A stretch of 63,666 nucleotides of DNA from Cirrosporium novae-zelandiae (GCA_026023565.1 JAPETS010000014.1:620001-683666); one strand, 5' to 3'; shown: positions 11,255 to 24,700, counted from the first letter of the stretch. Translations and numbers: made by a program. Notes: generated by a model from the letters alone, not told the origin.

Positions 11255-13436
11255 ATGAGTGAAGAGGTTTACGAAGGTGCCGTCGGCATCGACTTGGGTT
11301 TGTGTCTTCTAAAATTTCTTCCATGACAAGAGGCTCATTTTTTTGTAGGAACAACCTATTCTTGTGTCGCCAACTATGAGGGCAACAATGTTGAGATCAG
11401 TATGTCTCTTTCCGTTCTTTCCCGTCTATTATTATGGGAACAATACTAAGCCATCATAATAGTTGCCAATGAACAGGGTAACTTCACCACCCCCTCATTC
11501 GTTTCCTTCACCTCGGAGGAGCGTCTCATCGGTGAAGCCGCAAAGAACCAGGCTGCCATGAATCCAATCAACACAATCTTCGATATCAAGTAGGTCCATT
11601 GGTCGTAATCGATGGTGAAATAACTACTAACAGCCAAAGGCGACTTATTGGTCGAAGGTTCGATGACCCTACAGTGAAGAAGGATGTTGAATCCTGGCCA
11701 TTCAAAGTCGTTGACAAGGATGGAAATCCGTTTGTCGAGGTTGAATACTTGAATGAAACAAAGACATTCTCCCCACAGGAAATCTCCTCCATGGTTCTCA
11801 TGAAGGTAAGTTTCCATGATTCAATCTATATCTGTGGGAATTGAAAAATTCTGACCTCGGCACAGATGAAAGAAGTCGCAGAGACCAAATTAGGCAAGAA
11901 AGTTCAAAAGGCTGTCATCACTGTTCCAGCATACTTCAATGACAACCAACGTCAAGCTACAAAGGATGCCGGATCAATTGCTGGTCTGAATGTTCTCCGA
12001 ATTATCAACGAGCCAACTGCGGCTGCCATTGCTTACGGTCTTGGCTCCGGAAAGTCGGATAAAGAAAGAAATGTTCTCATTTATGATCTTGGTGGTGGTA
12101 CTTTCGATGTGTCACTCTTGAACATCCAAGGCGGTGTCTTCACTGTCAAGGCCACCGCTGGTGATACCCATCTTGGTGGACAAGATTTTGATACCAACCT
12201 TCTCGATCATTTCAAGAAAGAATTCCAGCGCAAGACCAAGAAAGATTTATCTGGTGATCCTCGTGCCCTCCGTCGGTTACGTACCGCTTGTGAAAGAGCT
12301 AAGCGTACCCTATCCAACGGCACCCAGACAACCGTTGAGATTGATTCTCTCTTCGACGGCGAAGATTTCAACGCCAACATTACCAGGGCTCGTTTCGAAG
12401 AGCTCAATGCCAAGGCATTCAATGGTACCATTGATCCTGTCGCACAGGTCCTAAAAGATGCCAACATTGAAAAGGGCAAAGTTGATGAGATCGTCCTTGT
12501 TGGTGGCTCTACCCGTATTCCCCGGATACAGAAACTCTTGAGTGACTTCTTCGGTGGTAAAAAACTTGAAAAGGTGAGTGCTCTAATTAAACATGTGAAT
12601 GGCCTATACTGATACTTTATAGAGCATCAACCCTGACGAAGCTGTTGCTTACGGTGCTGCCGTGCAAGCTGGTATCCTTTCGGGCAAGGCTACTTCTGCC
12701 GATACTGCAGATCTTCTCCTTCTTGATGTCGTTCCATTGTCTCTTGGTGTTGCTATGGAAGGCAACATCTTTGCCCCTGTTGTTCCCCGTGGTCAAACTG
12801 TGCCAACAATCAAGAAGAGGACATTCACAACTGTTGTTGACAACCAACAGACAGTCCAATTCCCAGTGTACCAGGGTGAGCGTACTAACTGTGAGGACAA
12901 TACCTCCCTTGGAGAGTTCACTCTTGCACCAATCCCTCCAATGAAGGCTGGAGATGCACAGCTCGAGGTTGTCTTTGAAGTCGATGTCAACGGTATTCTA
13001 AAGGTAACTGCTACTGAGAAATCTTCTGGCCGTACCGCAAACATCACCATCAGCAACTCAGTTGGCAAGCTCTCATCTACCGAGATTGAGAGCATGATCA
13101 GCGGTAAGTCAATTATTTACTAGTTCCTCGCTTGTCTTTGGAACCCAACTAATCCTATCCAATTTAGACGCCGCCAAATTCAAATCCAGCGACGAGGCGT
13201 TCACCAAGCGCTTTGAAGCCCGCCAACAACTTGAATCATACATCTCTCGCGTAGAAGAAATCGTCTCTGATCCCACTCTCGGCATGAAGATGCGTCGGGG
13301 TAACAAGGAGAAGATCGAGGGTGCTCTCAGCGATGCCATGGCTCAGCTCGAGATTGAGGACTCGACTTCAGAGGACCTGAAGAAGAAGGAACTGGCACTC
13401 AAGAGATTGGTTACCAAGGCTATGGCTACAAGGTAG
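11255..13436 (+). CDS. SSB1: Ribosome-associated Hsp70 (Ssb type)
   Basis: Seven exons (introns at about 11298-11348, 11400-11462, 11590-11639, 11806-11865, 12574-12622, 13104-13168). [49 protein letters not shown]. Ends [12 protein letters not shown] with no EEVD, as expected for Ssb. Confidence 0.97.
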
Positions 13437-13499
13437 ATGACGAGTATTGTAATGAACATGTGTGACTGCATAACGACAATCTACTACCGGGCTGAATGA

Positions 13500-15050
13500 A
13501 ACATGGAACGAGACGGGTGGGTGGGTGCGGGGGGGGAACACTCGGATAGTTGGGATATTAGAACCTATCCACCCTGCCTACTACCTTACCTATTTACCCC
13601 TCCAAAAAAGGGAAATACAGGGAACAAAGGAAAAATGATACGTGCAGATGGGCGTTTTTTTTATATCTGCAGCTACTAGCTAGCTAGCCTGGCTAGCCAA
13701 CCACTACTACTATTCAACTTTTTTCTGGCGTATCTCTGATGAATTTTTTCTAAACAAAAAAATAAAAATCTTCCGGAATAAAATCCATTTTTTCACCTTT
13801 TTTCTTGATTTTTTCTTTTTTGGGCGGTCAACCAAATCATATATATTTACTCCAGTACGCCCCAACATATTCTAACACACTCCAACACCATCAAAGTGCT
13901 CCAACACCACCAAAATACTCCAATACTTTATATCTCTTTGCTTTGGTCTGCTTTAGGTACAGTACGTACATAGTAAGTAAAACAGATCCCACATCTTACG
14001 AACCCCCCTCCCTCCCCACCCAGAATCCAGATAACTTACCGCCCCCTAATGGAAGATGAGCTCGAGAATGTACTGTACATGTACAATACAGTACGTGACC
14101 TCCTCCTCCTCCCCTTTTTTTTAATCATCATCATAGACAGTTTAATCACTATCGCTATCGCTATCGCCAGTTCTAGTTGATAAAGGGAAAATAAAGAAAA
14201 AAATAAAGTTGGATAACTTGAGAAGAAGAAGAAATTAGGGTTTTTTACTTCCCCCCTAACACCTAACTCTACCATAAACAATATTCTATTGTCTCTTTTA
14301 TAATCTTATGACTTATTACTTATGGATAGGTAGGCAAGGTAGGTAGGCAGGCGGGACTCTCACTTCCTCCACATCTTATCTATTAATCAATCATGGTACA
14401 GTACAGTACGCGTTACTCTAACCCCTCCAAAAACGAGGCAAAAATCCAAAACCAAAACCAAAACAAAAAATGGCCAAGAAAAGATCGACCCCCATCTGCC
14501 TACATGGTCCGTGGCTGTCTATTCTATGAAAGGGAAGTTCCTTGTTAGCAATATTTGTATATACAAGTTTTTAAAAAGGGTATGCACCACCCACCCCGTG
14601 TGCCGTGTGGTGAAGCAAGCAAATATCTATAGCTCTCTAAGTGCCTTTGAGGGAAGTAATAATTTTTTTTTTGCTCCGAATAGGTCTGGGTAGATAGATA
14701 GATAGATAGACCACACTGCTGTTGTTGTTGTTGTCTTGACTGAACCTAGATTATTGGGTTCCCCTGAAGAGTTATTCGTCTGCGAATAGTTTGAGGCGAA
14801 GCATTGGGATAAGACAATCATACATACATGGTACCTGATTCCCCTTACCCAGTCATCCGCATCTCCCTAAATCTTTCACAGTGCAAATCTGCCCCCAAGT
14901 GCCAATACCAAAAGGACATGTCGTCCAGAAAGTTCTTTTACCAAGAAAATGAGGATGCGGTGAGCAAAAGGGTAAAAAGAGGGCAGGAAAGGATATTAGC
15001 AACACATAGAAACCGGGCAACACACAGCCAATCTGAAGAGAAGTAATTAG
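13500..15050. repeat. Microsatellite / low-complexity intergenic tract
   Basis: (GGGT)n, (CTAG)n, (CTATCG)n, (GTAG)n, (CCAAAA)n, (GATA)n, (GTT)n and poly-A/T/C runs. Confidence 0.8.
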
Positions 15051-15305
15051 TGAATGAGAGCCTTACTGTTCAAAGGCTGCATATATATAGAAAGGAGAAG
15101 TCATAGTAGAAACTAGATCATGGAGTTAGTTGGTGGTGTACGGAGTTCGTAAGATAATATTCCGTCTTATTTGTCCTACATTAACATCCCCAACGGCTTG
15201 CTAGGCCAGAAGTAGGTTGTATCTCTCTAACACTAGAGAGATATAGAATTTCTACTTCTCCCGGATATTTTCACGTTGCTCACTTCTATCCTTCACCACA
15301 AAATA

Positions 15306-16997
15306 ATGACTTCAATTGACCTATGTGCAATTTTACGCCAAGATACAGAGCAGTTCTGCTCGAACTCTAATGATGCTACCAGGGCTCGGTGGCTACAGCG
15401 TTTATGCGATCTCCTCTTGCCTATCGTGGGTGAATACTGGCCTGACGAACAAGATTCTGTTCCAACAATCCTCTCTCGACTGTCTCCGACTAAGAAGGAA
15501 AGATGGTTCAACGCTCAAAAAATTTTACGAGAAGCTCAATTCGATAGCCTTGATGGAACATTGATCATTCTCATTAACAGCTGGAAGAACAATCTCCATT
15601 CATTTTTTGATGCGGAATCAATGTTGGTGCCTCCAAACCCTGAATCAGCACCTACTAGCGAGGCCAAATTATATTACCTTCTCGAAGCTCTTCGTATCTT
15701 GGAAGGAAATAAGGAAATCTCTGCCACAATGAGGGTTATTCGCAAGAGGTTTTATCTGGTTAGTTTCTATCTACGAGCAGATGCTGCTGGCTATGGCGAC
15801 CTCCGTCGCTCCAAAAATCGGATTAACCATTTGAATGGAGAATATGGTTCTAGGGTAGGCGGCTAGGATGTCTTTCAACAAGAAATAAAAAAACATTACC
15901 ATTTAGGCAAAATATATCATGATTGGGCACAATCGGCAGGCGGCTACGGAGCTCTATTCCTTTTAGCAGATGTATCTGATTCAAGGTGAGTGACTTGGTT
16001 GTGTATCTGAGATACTTTACTGATTTTCAGTTACAAAAATATCGCTGTTCAAGATCGGCAGGAGATAATAGCAGGAAACCAGCGCCATGGTTTATCGACA
16101 GCTATCGGTCAACATTGTCTGAGTCCCTTAGCAGATCAGTTGGTAAATATTTTGCAAAGTAAAGCTACTTTGGGCATATCAACGATCGCATTCGCGAAAC
16201 CGGCTTTATCAGTGAGGATGCAAAATAATCAAACCCGAAAGAACGTTAGAGCAAAAAGGAAAGGCGAAGTCAGGCGTAACCGTACAGTCGGTCCTCAAGC
16301 TACTCCTCAGCCTCAGTCTGCACCTACAGACAAGCATCGAACTCAACTACAAATTTCGGACAATGATTCCACGGTTACGCCTAACGTATTCAATAGGAAC
16401 GCCACAGATCTTGCAGTCTGCAGAACCGAGCACACTAACATGTCTACAACCAGAGCAGCTGTCCAACCTGTGGCACCAGAAAATATAACTGGGGAACTAC
16501 GGGAAGATCAGGCCGCGCTAACACTTTCCCAGATGCATCAGAATCCAGCAGCTTGCTCAGCTGCATCATTAGAGAATATGACTCAATACAGCTGTAATCC
16601 CATGAACGTGGTTAATCGTTATGGGGTCTCGAGTTCGGACCAAGGAAATGCCCCTGTAATCCTCACTCCTACAATCTATGCGGGAACAGAGGATGCTTCC
16701 ACAACCTTCAACTCTTCGACTCAAACGCAATCATCCTTCGACCCCTCGGTCCAATTATACATTGGAAACATACCCGACTTCCTCGACCCTTCAGCCCAAA
16801 CGCACATAGAAAACACATTCCCCTTTTCCAATTCTCCGACCCAAGTCCGAACAGAGAATGCATCCGCCTTCAGCCATCCTACCCGGACACAGAAACAAAA
16901 TGATCCAGATTGCATTAGGTATGATGACAATTCTCACAACGAAAATTCTCAATTTGGTTTACCCTCTCCAAGAAGCGAACTTGGACATATTTTTTAA
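15306..16997 (+). pseudogene. Lineage-specific hypothetical gene with an in-frame TAG
   Basis: The frame from ATG 15306 continues past TAG 15864-15866 (DVFQQEIKKHYHLGKIYHDWAQSAGGYGALFLL). A clean intron 15986-16030 (GTGAGT/ACTGAT/CAG) then joins it in frame to the 16140-16997 ORF. Confidence 0.6.
16704..16910 (+). repeat. Degenerate 45-nt (15-aa) coding tandem repeat
   Basis: SFDPSVQLYIGNIPD / FLDPSAQTHIENTFP / FSNSPTQVRTENASA / FSHPTRTQKQNDPD, with a partial copy TFNSSTQTQS before it. Confidence 0.65.
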
Positions 16998-17008
16998 CAA
17001 AGTATTTA

Positions 17009-17446
17009 TTATTTTGGTAGAGGTACAACAAAAATACAATCTAATTCTGGACTAATATATTCATCGCCATCAAAATATATGATCTTTCCATATTCTAATG
17101 GATCTCCTGACGCAGTACGTGGCTGTCCCGATATACGGATAGGGATCAGATATCCAGGGCCTGTCGAGTTGTGTATAGGCATAGGGGTTGAAAATCGCAC
17201 TACGGTGTATCCCAGATTCTATATATCAATAATTAATGATAGTTCTAAAACCCGTAAAATTCTTTACAACACACCTGAAGATTCAAACGCATCAGCAATG
17301 GCATAACATGTGCCAAGTTTTTCGTCGTTATACGTCCGATTACCTATTTCGTTTACCGTAAATTTTGCCTGGGGTAGCCACTCTTTAAGTCGTTCCAGAA
17401 ATATTATGGCTTCTGGGCTGAGCTTTGGCCCGAGCTTTGTGGACAT
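17009..17446 (-). pseudogene. Small hypothetical gene, interrupted by an intron or two stops
   Basis: ORFs 17446-17264 and 17200-17009 are in the same frame, separated by about 50 nt of AT-rich sequence containing TAA and ending in TAG. This is either an intron with a weak donor or two nonsense codons. Confidence 0.4.
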
Positions 17447-17519
17447 GGCGATCTTAAGGCAATTCAGAGAAACGTGCTAGCTAATAACGAACAATCAAAG
17501 AGATAATAATAAATCCTAA

Positions 17520-18540
17520 CGTGGATATACGTTGCCAAATGGTGGTGGTGGTGGTTGAAAAAAGCCCTTGATCCTAGTACGGTAATAATCTGCGTACCAT
17601 CAGCCGTTTATTGTTTAGATTATTCCTTATATAAAGAAAAAAAAATATATATATATATATATTCTAAAGATGGTTTTTTTTACTCACGTTTTGTTGATAC
17701 ATGTACTTAATTAATTGCCGGATATAAGGAAGATTCAAGCAATAAAAAGATTGGTAAAGCGGCGGACAACTCTGAAGTGAAGCGAAGCGACGAGGAGAGG
17801 GAGGAAATGGGATACTCAGTTTTTGTAATTATGGGACCTGTAAAGAGGTATAGTAAGTCAAACTCTTAACGCTAATTAAGTCAAAAGGGCGAGGTTACTC
17901 GCTAGATGCCTAGTTGTTGCGGATAACCATGTTTAGCTATATCTATGCTTGCTGCGTCTGTGACAGCGTAACCAGATTGATTATAGATATCCCACGTCCT
18001 TTTAATTTAGTTAAATAGGAATGTTGACTTGCCTTTTAACATTTATATTTATCTTTATATATTTTGGTTAGTTGGTTCATTGGTTGGTTATTTTTTCATT
18101 CATTGTATTTTTGTGTGCTTGTACGCATATATAGTGGTGGTTATATCCATATCCATACTTGAACCCATATCGTATTCATCATATAGCATACAACCCTAAA
18201 CTCTTACTACAGTCAAATTAATTGATTGATTAATTTATCTTTCCCTCATTCCGGGTCCTGTTCATTCCAAGGGATATATATACGTATGGGTTGGGTGCCA
18301 TATGCATTCCCCTTCTTGACTTCGTAAAAGAAATAAAAACGAAACAAAACGCCGTTGATATATTCTTATTCACGTATTCACTTAATCATTTCACTTACTT
18401 GGCCGATTAGATCCCTCTCTCCATCAATGTCAGATCTGCTTACTTGTTAGAACAGTCTTGATAAGATAGGGAGGGACCTATAGAGTTCAAAAACCAAAAC
18501 CAAAACCAAAAAAAAAGTCATAAAATAGTTTCCATTCGTC
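17520..18540. repeat. Microsatellite / low-complexity intergenic tract
   Basis: (GGT)n, (AT)n, (TTGG)n, (AAAACC)n and poly-A runs. Confidence 0.7.
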
Positions 18541-18571
18541 ATCAAGCCAGTCATTGACAGTAATAATCATA

Positions 18572-21111
18572 TCAGGTGAACTCTACCCTAGACCCTCCAC
18601 CGGTACTACCTCCGGTCCTGCTTCCTCTAGTCCGCTCAGCCTGCCTAGCCTGAGCACGCTCCGCACGCCTTCTTCGTCGATTGCTTGCGTAATCCATATT
18701 GCTTGTTTCGGTTGTTGTGCCCTCGTATGTTCCTGGGCTTCCGATACTGCTTGGAATATGCATAGCTGGTGGGGCAGCAGGCGCAGCTAGCGAGCCCGTG
18801 GCTGGTTGGGCGGTTGTGGGAGTGACTGTAGATGGAGCGGCCGATGAACTCCCGTTACCCTGCTGTCTTCTCATTTCCTCTGCTTGTTGCCGTTCCAGGG
18901 CTTCTGTTCTCCTCCAACGCCGGTCACCCGCGTCTGTACCGCTTAATGAGCTGTTGCTTTCCGCTCTTCTCCGAGCTCTATGATCTCGTCTCCGTGCCTC
19001 CCGTCCTGCGGCTGCTTCTTGCTCTGTGAGCCGTCGCAATGTCACCTCGCGGCCATCGTTACGTATTTTGACTTTGACGCTAACAGGTGGGGAGGTGACA
19101 CGGTTCTCTTCACTACCGCTGTTGTCTTGTCGAGTACGACTTCGACTACGGCTATGACTGGCTCCAGCAACGGCAGAACCGGCTGCGAGACCTGCACCTA
19201 CGGCTGCAGCTTCATCAAGATGAGAAGGGTCATGAACTGCGGTTGATGGGCGGACTTCTGAGGCCGAGAGCTCTTGACGTAGGTTACTTTGTGTGCCCGG
19301 AATTGGAGGAACAGGTTCGACTGCTGGCTGAACTCCCCCTGAGACTAAGGGTTGGGTGTGGCGAGATCGGTCTCTCTCTGCAAATGAAGTGCCCAACGAC
19401 GATGCAGGTGCAGCTGTAACAGGGGTGACCGTTGAAACGCCTGTCATTGTTGGTCGAGAGACTGTAATAGGCGGTACAGTAGTCTCCGACATGTCAGCAG
19501 TACTTGTATAGGAACTTTGACGACCCGTGCGACTAGAGTAGCCGTCACCAGTATATCGTCTGTTGGTGGCACGCTGTGCCCTTTCCGCTTCGATTTCCTG
19601 TTGACGGATATCATCAAGTCTCTTCTTTTCCTTGGCCTCGCGTCTTCGTTTAAAGAATTGTTTGATACTAGCAAAAGCTCCTAGACCCACGGCTGCGTTG
19701 CGAGCAGTGTTGTTTTCCTCATCCGGGTTCGAGAAATAGCTGGTATACGATGTCGCGCTTACACTCCTTCGACTTAATGGTGCCGTGCTGGCGAGTGGTC
19801 TTCCTTCTTCCATTCTACTAACTCTACTCGTAGAATCCTCCGTGACGCTTGGAGCGGTTCCCGTCCTTGGAGGAGCGGGTCTGTATGGCCTGGTACCGGG
19901 TGCAGGACTGGGAGTAAGCTCGCTTGAAAAATAGGAACTGTTAACATCATCATCTTCACGTCGTTTTTTTCCAAACAGCTTTTTCGCTGCTGCTATTGCA
20001 CCCGCAAACACCCCAACCCCCGCTGCTTTCTTCCCTAGACCTGATTTATCCGCTTCAGATAATTTTTCTTCTTCAATATAGGATTCGCTGGGTTGTGTAT
20101 AGGTGCCTGATTGTCGATGTGAACTGACAACATCCCCTTCACTATCCCGTCTTTGATGTCCAGATCGTCTCCGGAATTTGTTGCCGAGGTACGCCAATGT
20201 TGCTCCAGCAGCCATGGGAGCTGCGTATCTTCCAACCCCGCTGTGGCTTCGGTGATCTTCATCTTCAAGAACCTCTGTTCTGGCCCCATAACTATATTGG
20301 CTTCCATATTCGCGGATCCCACGTACAATATACCACCGGATAAGAATAAACCATGCAAGAAAAAGAGTGAAGCCAAAAAGGGCAAAAAGGGCAAATAGCC
20401 AAGCCGGGGAGCCATAGAGTGCTAGGCCCATTGGAATCTGCGCTATTCCGAGGAGGGCAATCGCTTTTCCAGCCCATTGATGAATCTGCACGAGCGGTCA
20501 ACATTTTTCCCATCCGATCTTTATCAAAATCTGTTGACGTACCATAACCTTCAGAGGAAGCACATCTGGTGCCGGCTTGTTCTTCTCACTTCTATGGACG
20601 AACCAGCCACTAATAAACTGCACAATTACCATGAGATATAACGCCAGCCCTATTCCGTGATGAGGATTGGTTAAACTTCGTTTCGGTCCAACAGCAAAGT
20701 ATCCCAACATGAAAATGACAGTTGTGAGTAGTAAAGTCATGATTTGTAGCCATATATGAATGCGCAGTGCCATTTTGGGGTTCCGATGATAGAATTTTGC
20801 TATCATGATAGCGGCGGGGACAATCCCAAGGAAGACGATTGCGGCGATGACTCCATGACCGATGATCAAACTATGATATTGTGCGACTGATTTAAACCGA
20901 TTTCCCATTCCTGAAAACCTCATTAGCAATGGCATGACCAGCATGATGGCAGGACTCACTCACCATTATATCGTAGAGTAGCAAAATTCACTCCCATCAA
21001 ATTAGGTAGTAAAAAGGTATCTCGGTCCGAATCCCATGTCCCATCCCCAACATGTAAAGTATCTGAATCATACGAGCTGCTTCCGGCAGCAGCTAAACCC
21101 GAAGTCGACAT
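18572..21111 (-). CDS. Cytochrome b561-domain integral membrane protein with a long disordered C-terminal tail
   Basis: Exons 21111-20964, 20910-20543, 20485-18572. TM helices carry candidate heme-ligand histidines (GHGVIAA, IHIWLQ, NPHHGIG, IHQWAG), followed by a roughly 580-aa Ser/Arg/Ala-rich tail. Confidence 0.88.
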
Positions 21112-21786
21112 TTCGAAAATGGAGGGAGATTTTATTAACAAAGGAAGGAAAAGAAATTAAATTGTTGCTATGGGACGGGAGATCCAAAAGATCTCCAGGA
21201 TGAGAAGGTCGACCATCCACGGGAAGTGATATATTTCAGTCTCAGAAAATCGGATGGCTGGATGACGACGACAGCGCAATAGGGTAGGACGCGGTGAGGC
21301 CGGAGGGAACTTTCGGGAATGACTGGTTACAATTGAGAAGAAGAGGTTGCCGACAAAAAACAATGCAATTCGATGAGAATAATATTCAATTATTGCATTA
21401 AACAACAATGAGCAATGATTCCTCAATATCTGTCTGACCAGCTTTGGGCAAAAATGACGGATCGTTGAGGTAAGGTAGGGCTTCCAGTGGGGGATGTAAA
21501 CGACGTGGCTAGGGAGAGCTTGGGGAAAAGGCGTTGTACAGGCAACCATCGAAGGATCATCGGCCACAAATCTCAAACACCAATTATTTGGAGGCTTAGC
21601 ATACTCCAAATCCAATTGGTTTAATTACTTATTGTTGTACATCAATACTTGCTTTTTATTAAACCTGTAAACTGCCTGCTATGAATAATACATTTCACCG
21701 AAGCCAAATCACTGGTCTATTCGCTTCCCCCGTCAATAGCCTGAAGGAGAAAAAATAGATGCCTAACCCGTAATGAATTTATCTGC

Positions 21787-24700
21787 TTAAAGCACAATTG
21801 CTAGCTCAGGCCGGTCCAACCCTACCCCCTCCATTCGTGGATAATACGGTACCATGGAATCTGCCGATTGAACATATCCGTCGTTATACAGCCTCCAGTA
21901 TATTTGTCGTACCTTTCGGGCGGGATGGAAGAGGCCAGCCCAAACGTAGTTCATCACAACACCAGGGCCTACAGCCATACGAATTGCGTTGATCGCTTCA
22001 ACGATCCGATCGATGACGTGGGGACTAGTCTCGAAGATGTTAGGCAAAAGTAAGTTGAGCAGATGGATCATGGCATCCTCGCATCCAAGTCCAACAACCC
22101 CAAGAGCAATGTGCTTAACAACCGATGCAGCCGTTTGTCGATGGACTTGATCTCTGTCAATGAGGGCGTCTTCGAGAAGGGGTACAACCGCATAAACGTA
22201 GTCCTTTGCCATTTCTCCAATGTATTCGAAAAGGAAAGAAAGCGATTTCAATACACCGTTTTGGACATTTAATTCTGGAACCCTATACTCGTTCATCAAG
22301 GCTGGAAGAACAGTGAAAGGTGCGCATGTTTCTGCTACTATACCAATGGCAACAGCAGTGCAAACACGAGATTGGCGTTCTTGGACGCGCAGGTTGTTCA
22401 AAAGAGTAGCCAATACATCCTGTGGACCAATAGCTTTTGCAATGAAACCGAAAGTGTTATTTGCTGCCCGACGAATACCCTTCTTGTGTGCTTTTAACAT
22501 GTCAAGAAGCTCAAAGCAGATTCTCATCCATTCGCGGGCATTGACGCTCTCGGGTCCTCTATCCGCAATTCGGCCAACTAGATCAATGGTATTCTCCTGT
22601 ACCTTTTCATGTCTGTTTCGGAGAATAGGTGTCAGGCGTGGCAAGAGGTCTTTAATTGGCGGTTGCATCGAGTTAATACCAACCACCGTGACAATAGAGC
22701 GTAGGGCGCCCAGGATTGAGCCAAGAACTTCGGGATATTCTTCGCCCAAGTATTCATAAAGAACAATACCAAGTCTGCCCATCAGAGCGTCTTCTCCACA
22801 TTGCTTCATAACTAATGCAATCCGGGAAATTAGATCTGCAGCCTGTTGGCGAACATTTGCGTTCTTGTTGTTCAAACGCCAGAGAATTGTGCTGACAATC
22901 TGAGGAAGATATGGCTTGCATCGAGTACCAAGAGCATTGACTACAGTACCAAAACCGTTGAGCAGAACAATATCTTCAACGCTTTGTTCTTGGAAAGCGA
23001 ATAGCATGCCATCAATGAGTCGCTCTTCCAGACGTTCACTAATGTCAGCTGCTCCAAGAGAAGCGACCACTTTCTCCACAGTCTCTACCGTCATCTTACG
23101 ATAGGCTTCACTCTCATCCTTGAGATTATTGACGATACGTTCAACAATCTCGCCAACGCCGACCTTCTGGCCCAGGTCCACGGTAGTCTCCACCACTTGT
23201 CGATAATTCCTCTTGTCTAGGGCCATTCTACGGACCCAGAAACTTTTGAAGAAATCCTGAAGAACATGTTCCTTGAGATACCCAGCAGTGACACCTTCAG
23301 TGCTGGCACACTGAGAGATGACTTTCAAGACCACCTTCTTCATTTCTTCATCAGGAGAGGAGAATTCTCTCAGCAAGATCTCCATAATTTGGCTTGTATA
23401 GTAATTAGCATATTCCTCGTCCATCAAAGGAATGATGTATCCAACGGCCTTCAGGAAACCGGCCAAACCTTTTCCTCGCTGCTTTCGGGCACCTGTCCAT
23501 AAAGGATTAAGAATATCATCAAAACTCTCAATACCATAAGGATTCGCAGCTTCGGCCAAAGCGGCAATTGCTAAACTGGTAACAGTACGAACTTTGGCCT
23601 GTTCATCGCTAAGATTGTCTGCAATGCAGTTAACGAGACCTTTCAGGTGAGGAAGAACAGCACAGCCCATGAGAATTGGGATCTGCTGTACAATCTTGAC
23701 ACCGGTATGCCTGGCTTGCCAAGACTTCTTGCTTCGGCAGACAGCTCCTAAGAATGGCAAAAGTGTGGGGATGCCCAAGGCTGACGCGACGACAGCAAAT
23801 GCTCGAGCGGTTGTGTTTCTAACGTATTCATCAACGTGATCGATATCTGGTCTCATAGTACTGATCATACTTGCCAATCCGGCTGCTTTGCTGAGGTTGG
23901 AAATAATTTCACGACCTTCAACCCGGGCATAATAGTCTTGGTCAATAAGTAGCGGTTCAATGACGACCAAGATTTTGTGTACATAGGGGCGGACGAGGTC
24001 ATCAAGCTTGTATAAAATGCGGTCGATAACTTTAACAAGTAAATGGCGTTCTTGGTCTTCAAGCGTCTTTTCCATTAGTAAAGGTAAAATCTGGTTGAAA
24101 AGAGGTCCTGCCCCAAATTGTCTAGCATTATCAGTCAACTGTCGAAGTGCTGTTTTTCTCATTGGAGGGGTGCCGTTCTTGACTTTTAGTAGAAGGCGCA
24201 TGATCTTTCTCTCTTTTAGCTCGTCGACCGACATTGAATTCTCGTCGGCGCCATCAACTAATTTACCAAAGTAAGCCATATCTTCAGCCTTAAAGAATTG
24301 TAGATCGCCAACTCCTGGGATTTCCGTTGGCAGCTGCTTCCCTAAAGCACGACCACTTTCAGGTTCTTGCATCATAAATCCTCCTATTCCGTTGACACTG
24401 GCCATTGGTGCCGGAGTACTCATCAATTTCCTCGCAGCCGTTCGGATGGGTGCATACCCGGGCGGCGGTTCTAAAATCTTATACCCCTCAGACGGAAGCA
24501 TGAGATCGAGTTCTTCATCGGAGAGGGGAGCGTTACGCGACGAGATATCTGTGCCGAAAGCCATAGGGACCATTGGTGCTTGCGAAGAGTGTATCGGCGT
24601 AGCAAGTCCTGCTTGACCAACAGGGGTGGAAGCAGTCAAAGAAGGTGCTTGATCCCATCGCGAGCGGCGTTTTGAGCCCTCTTCGTCAATAGCCCCACCA

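Noticed and set aside
11446..13339. Long antisense ORFs over SSB1 (likewise over SF3B1, RAX2, the MFS and PTH11-like genes)
   Set aside because: Expected shadow ORFs caused by codon bias of the sense genes.
15055..17700. Starship or transposon boundaries (TTAC-like sites) around the island
   Set aside because: A 4-mer is uninformative. No tyrosine recombinase, transposase, TIR or LTR is visible in the window.
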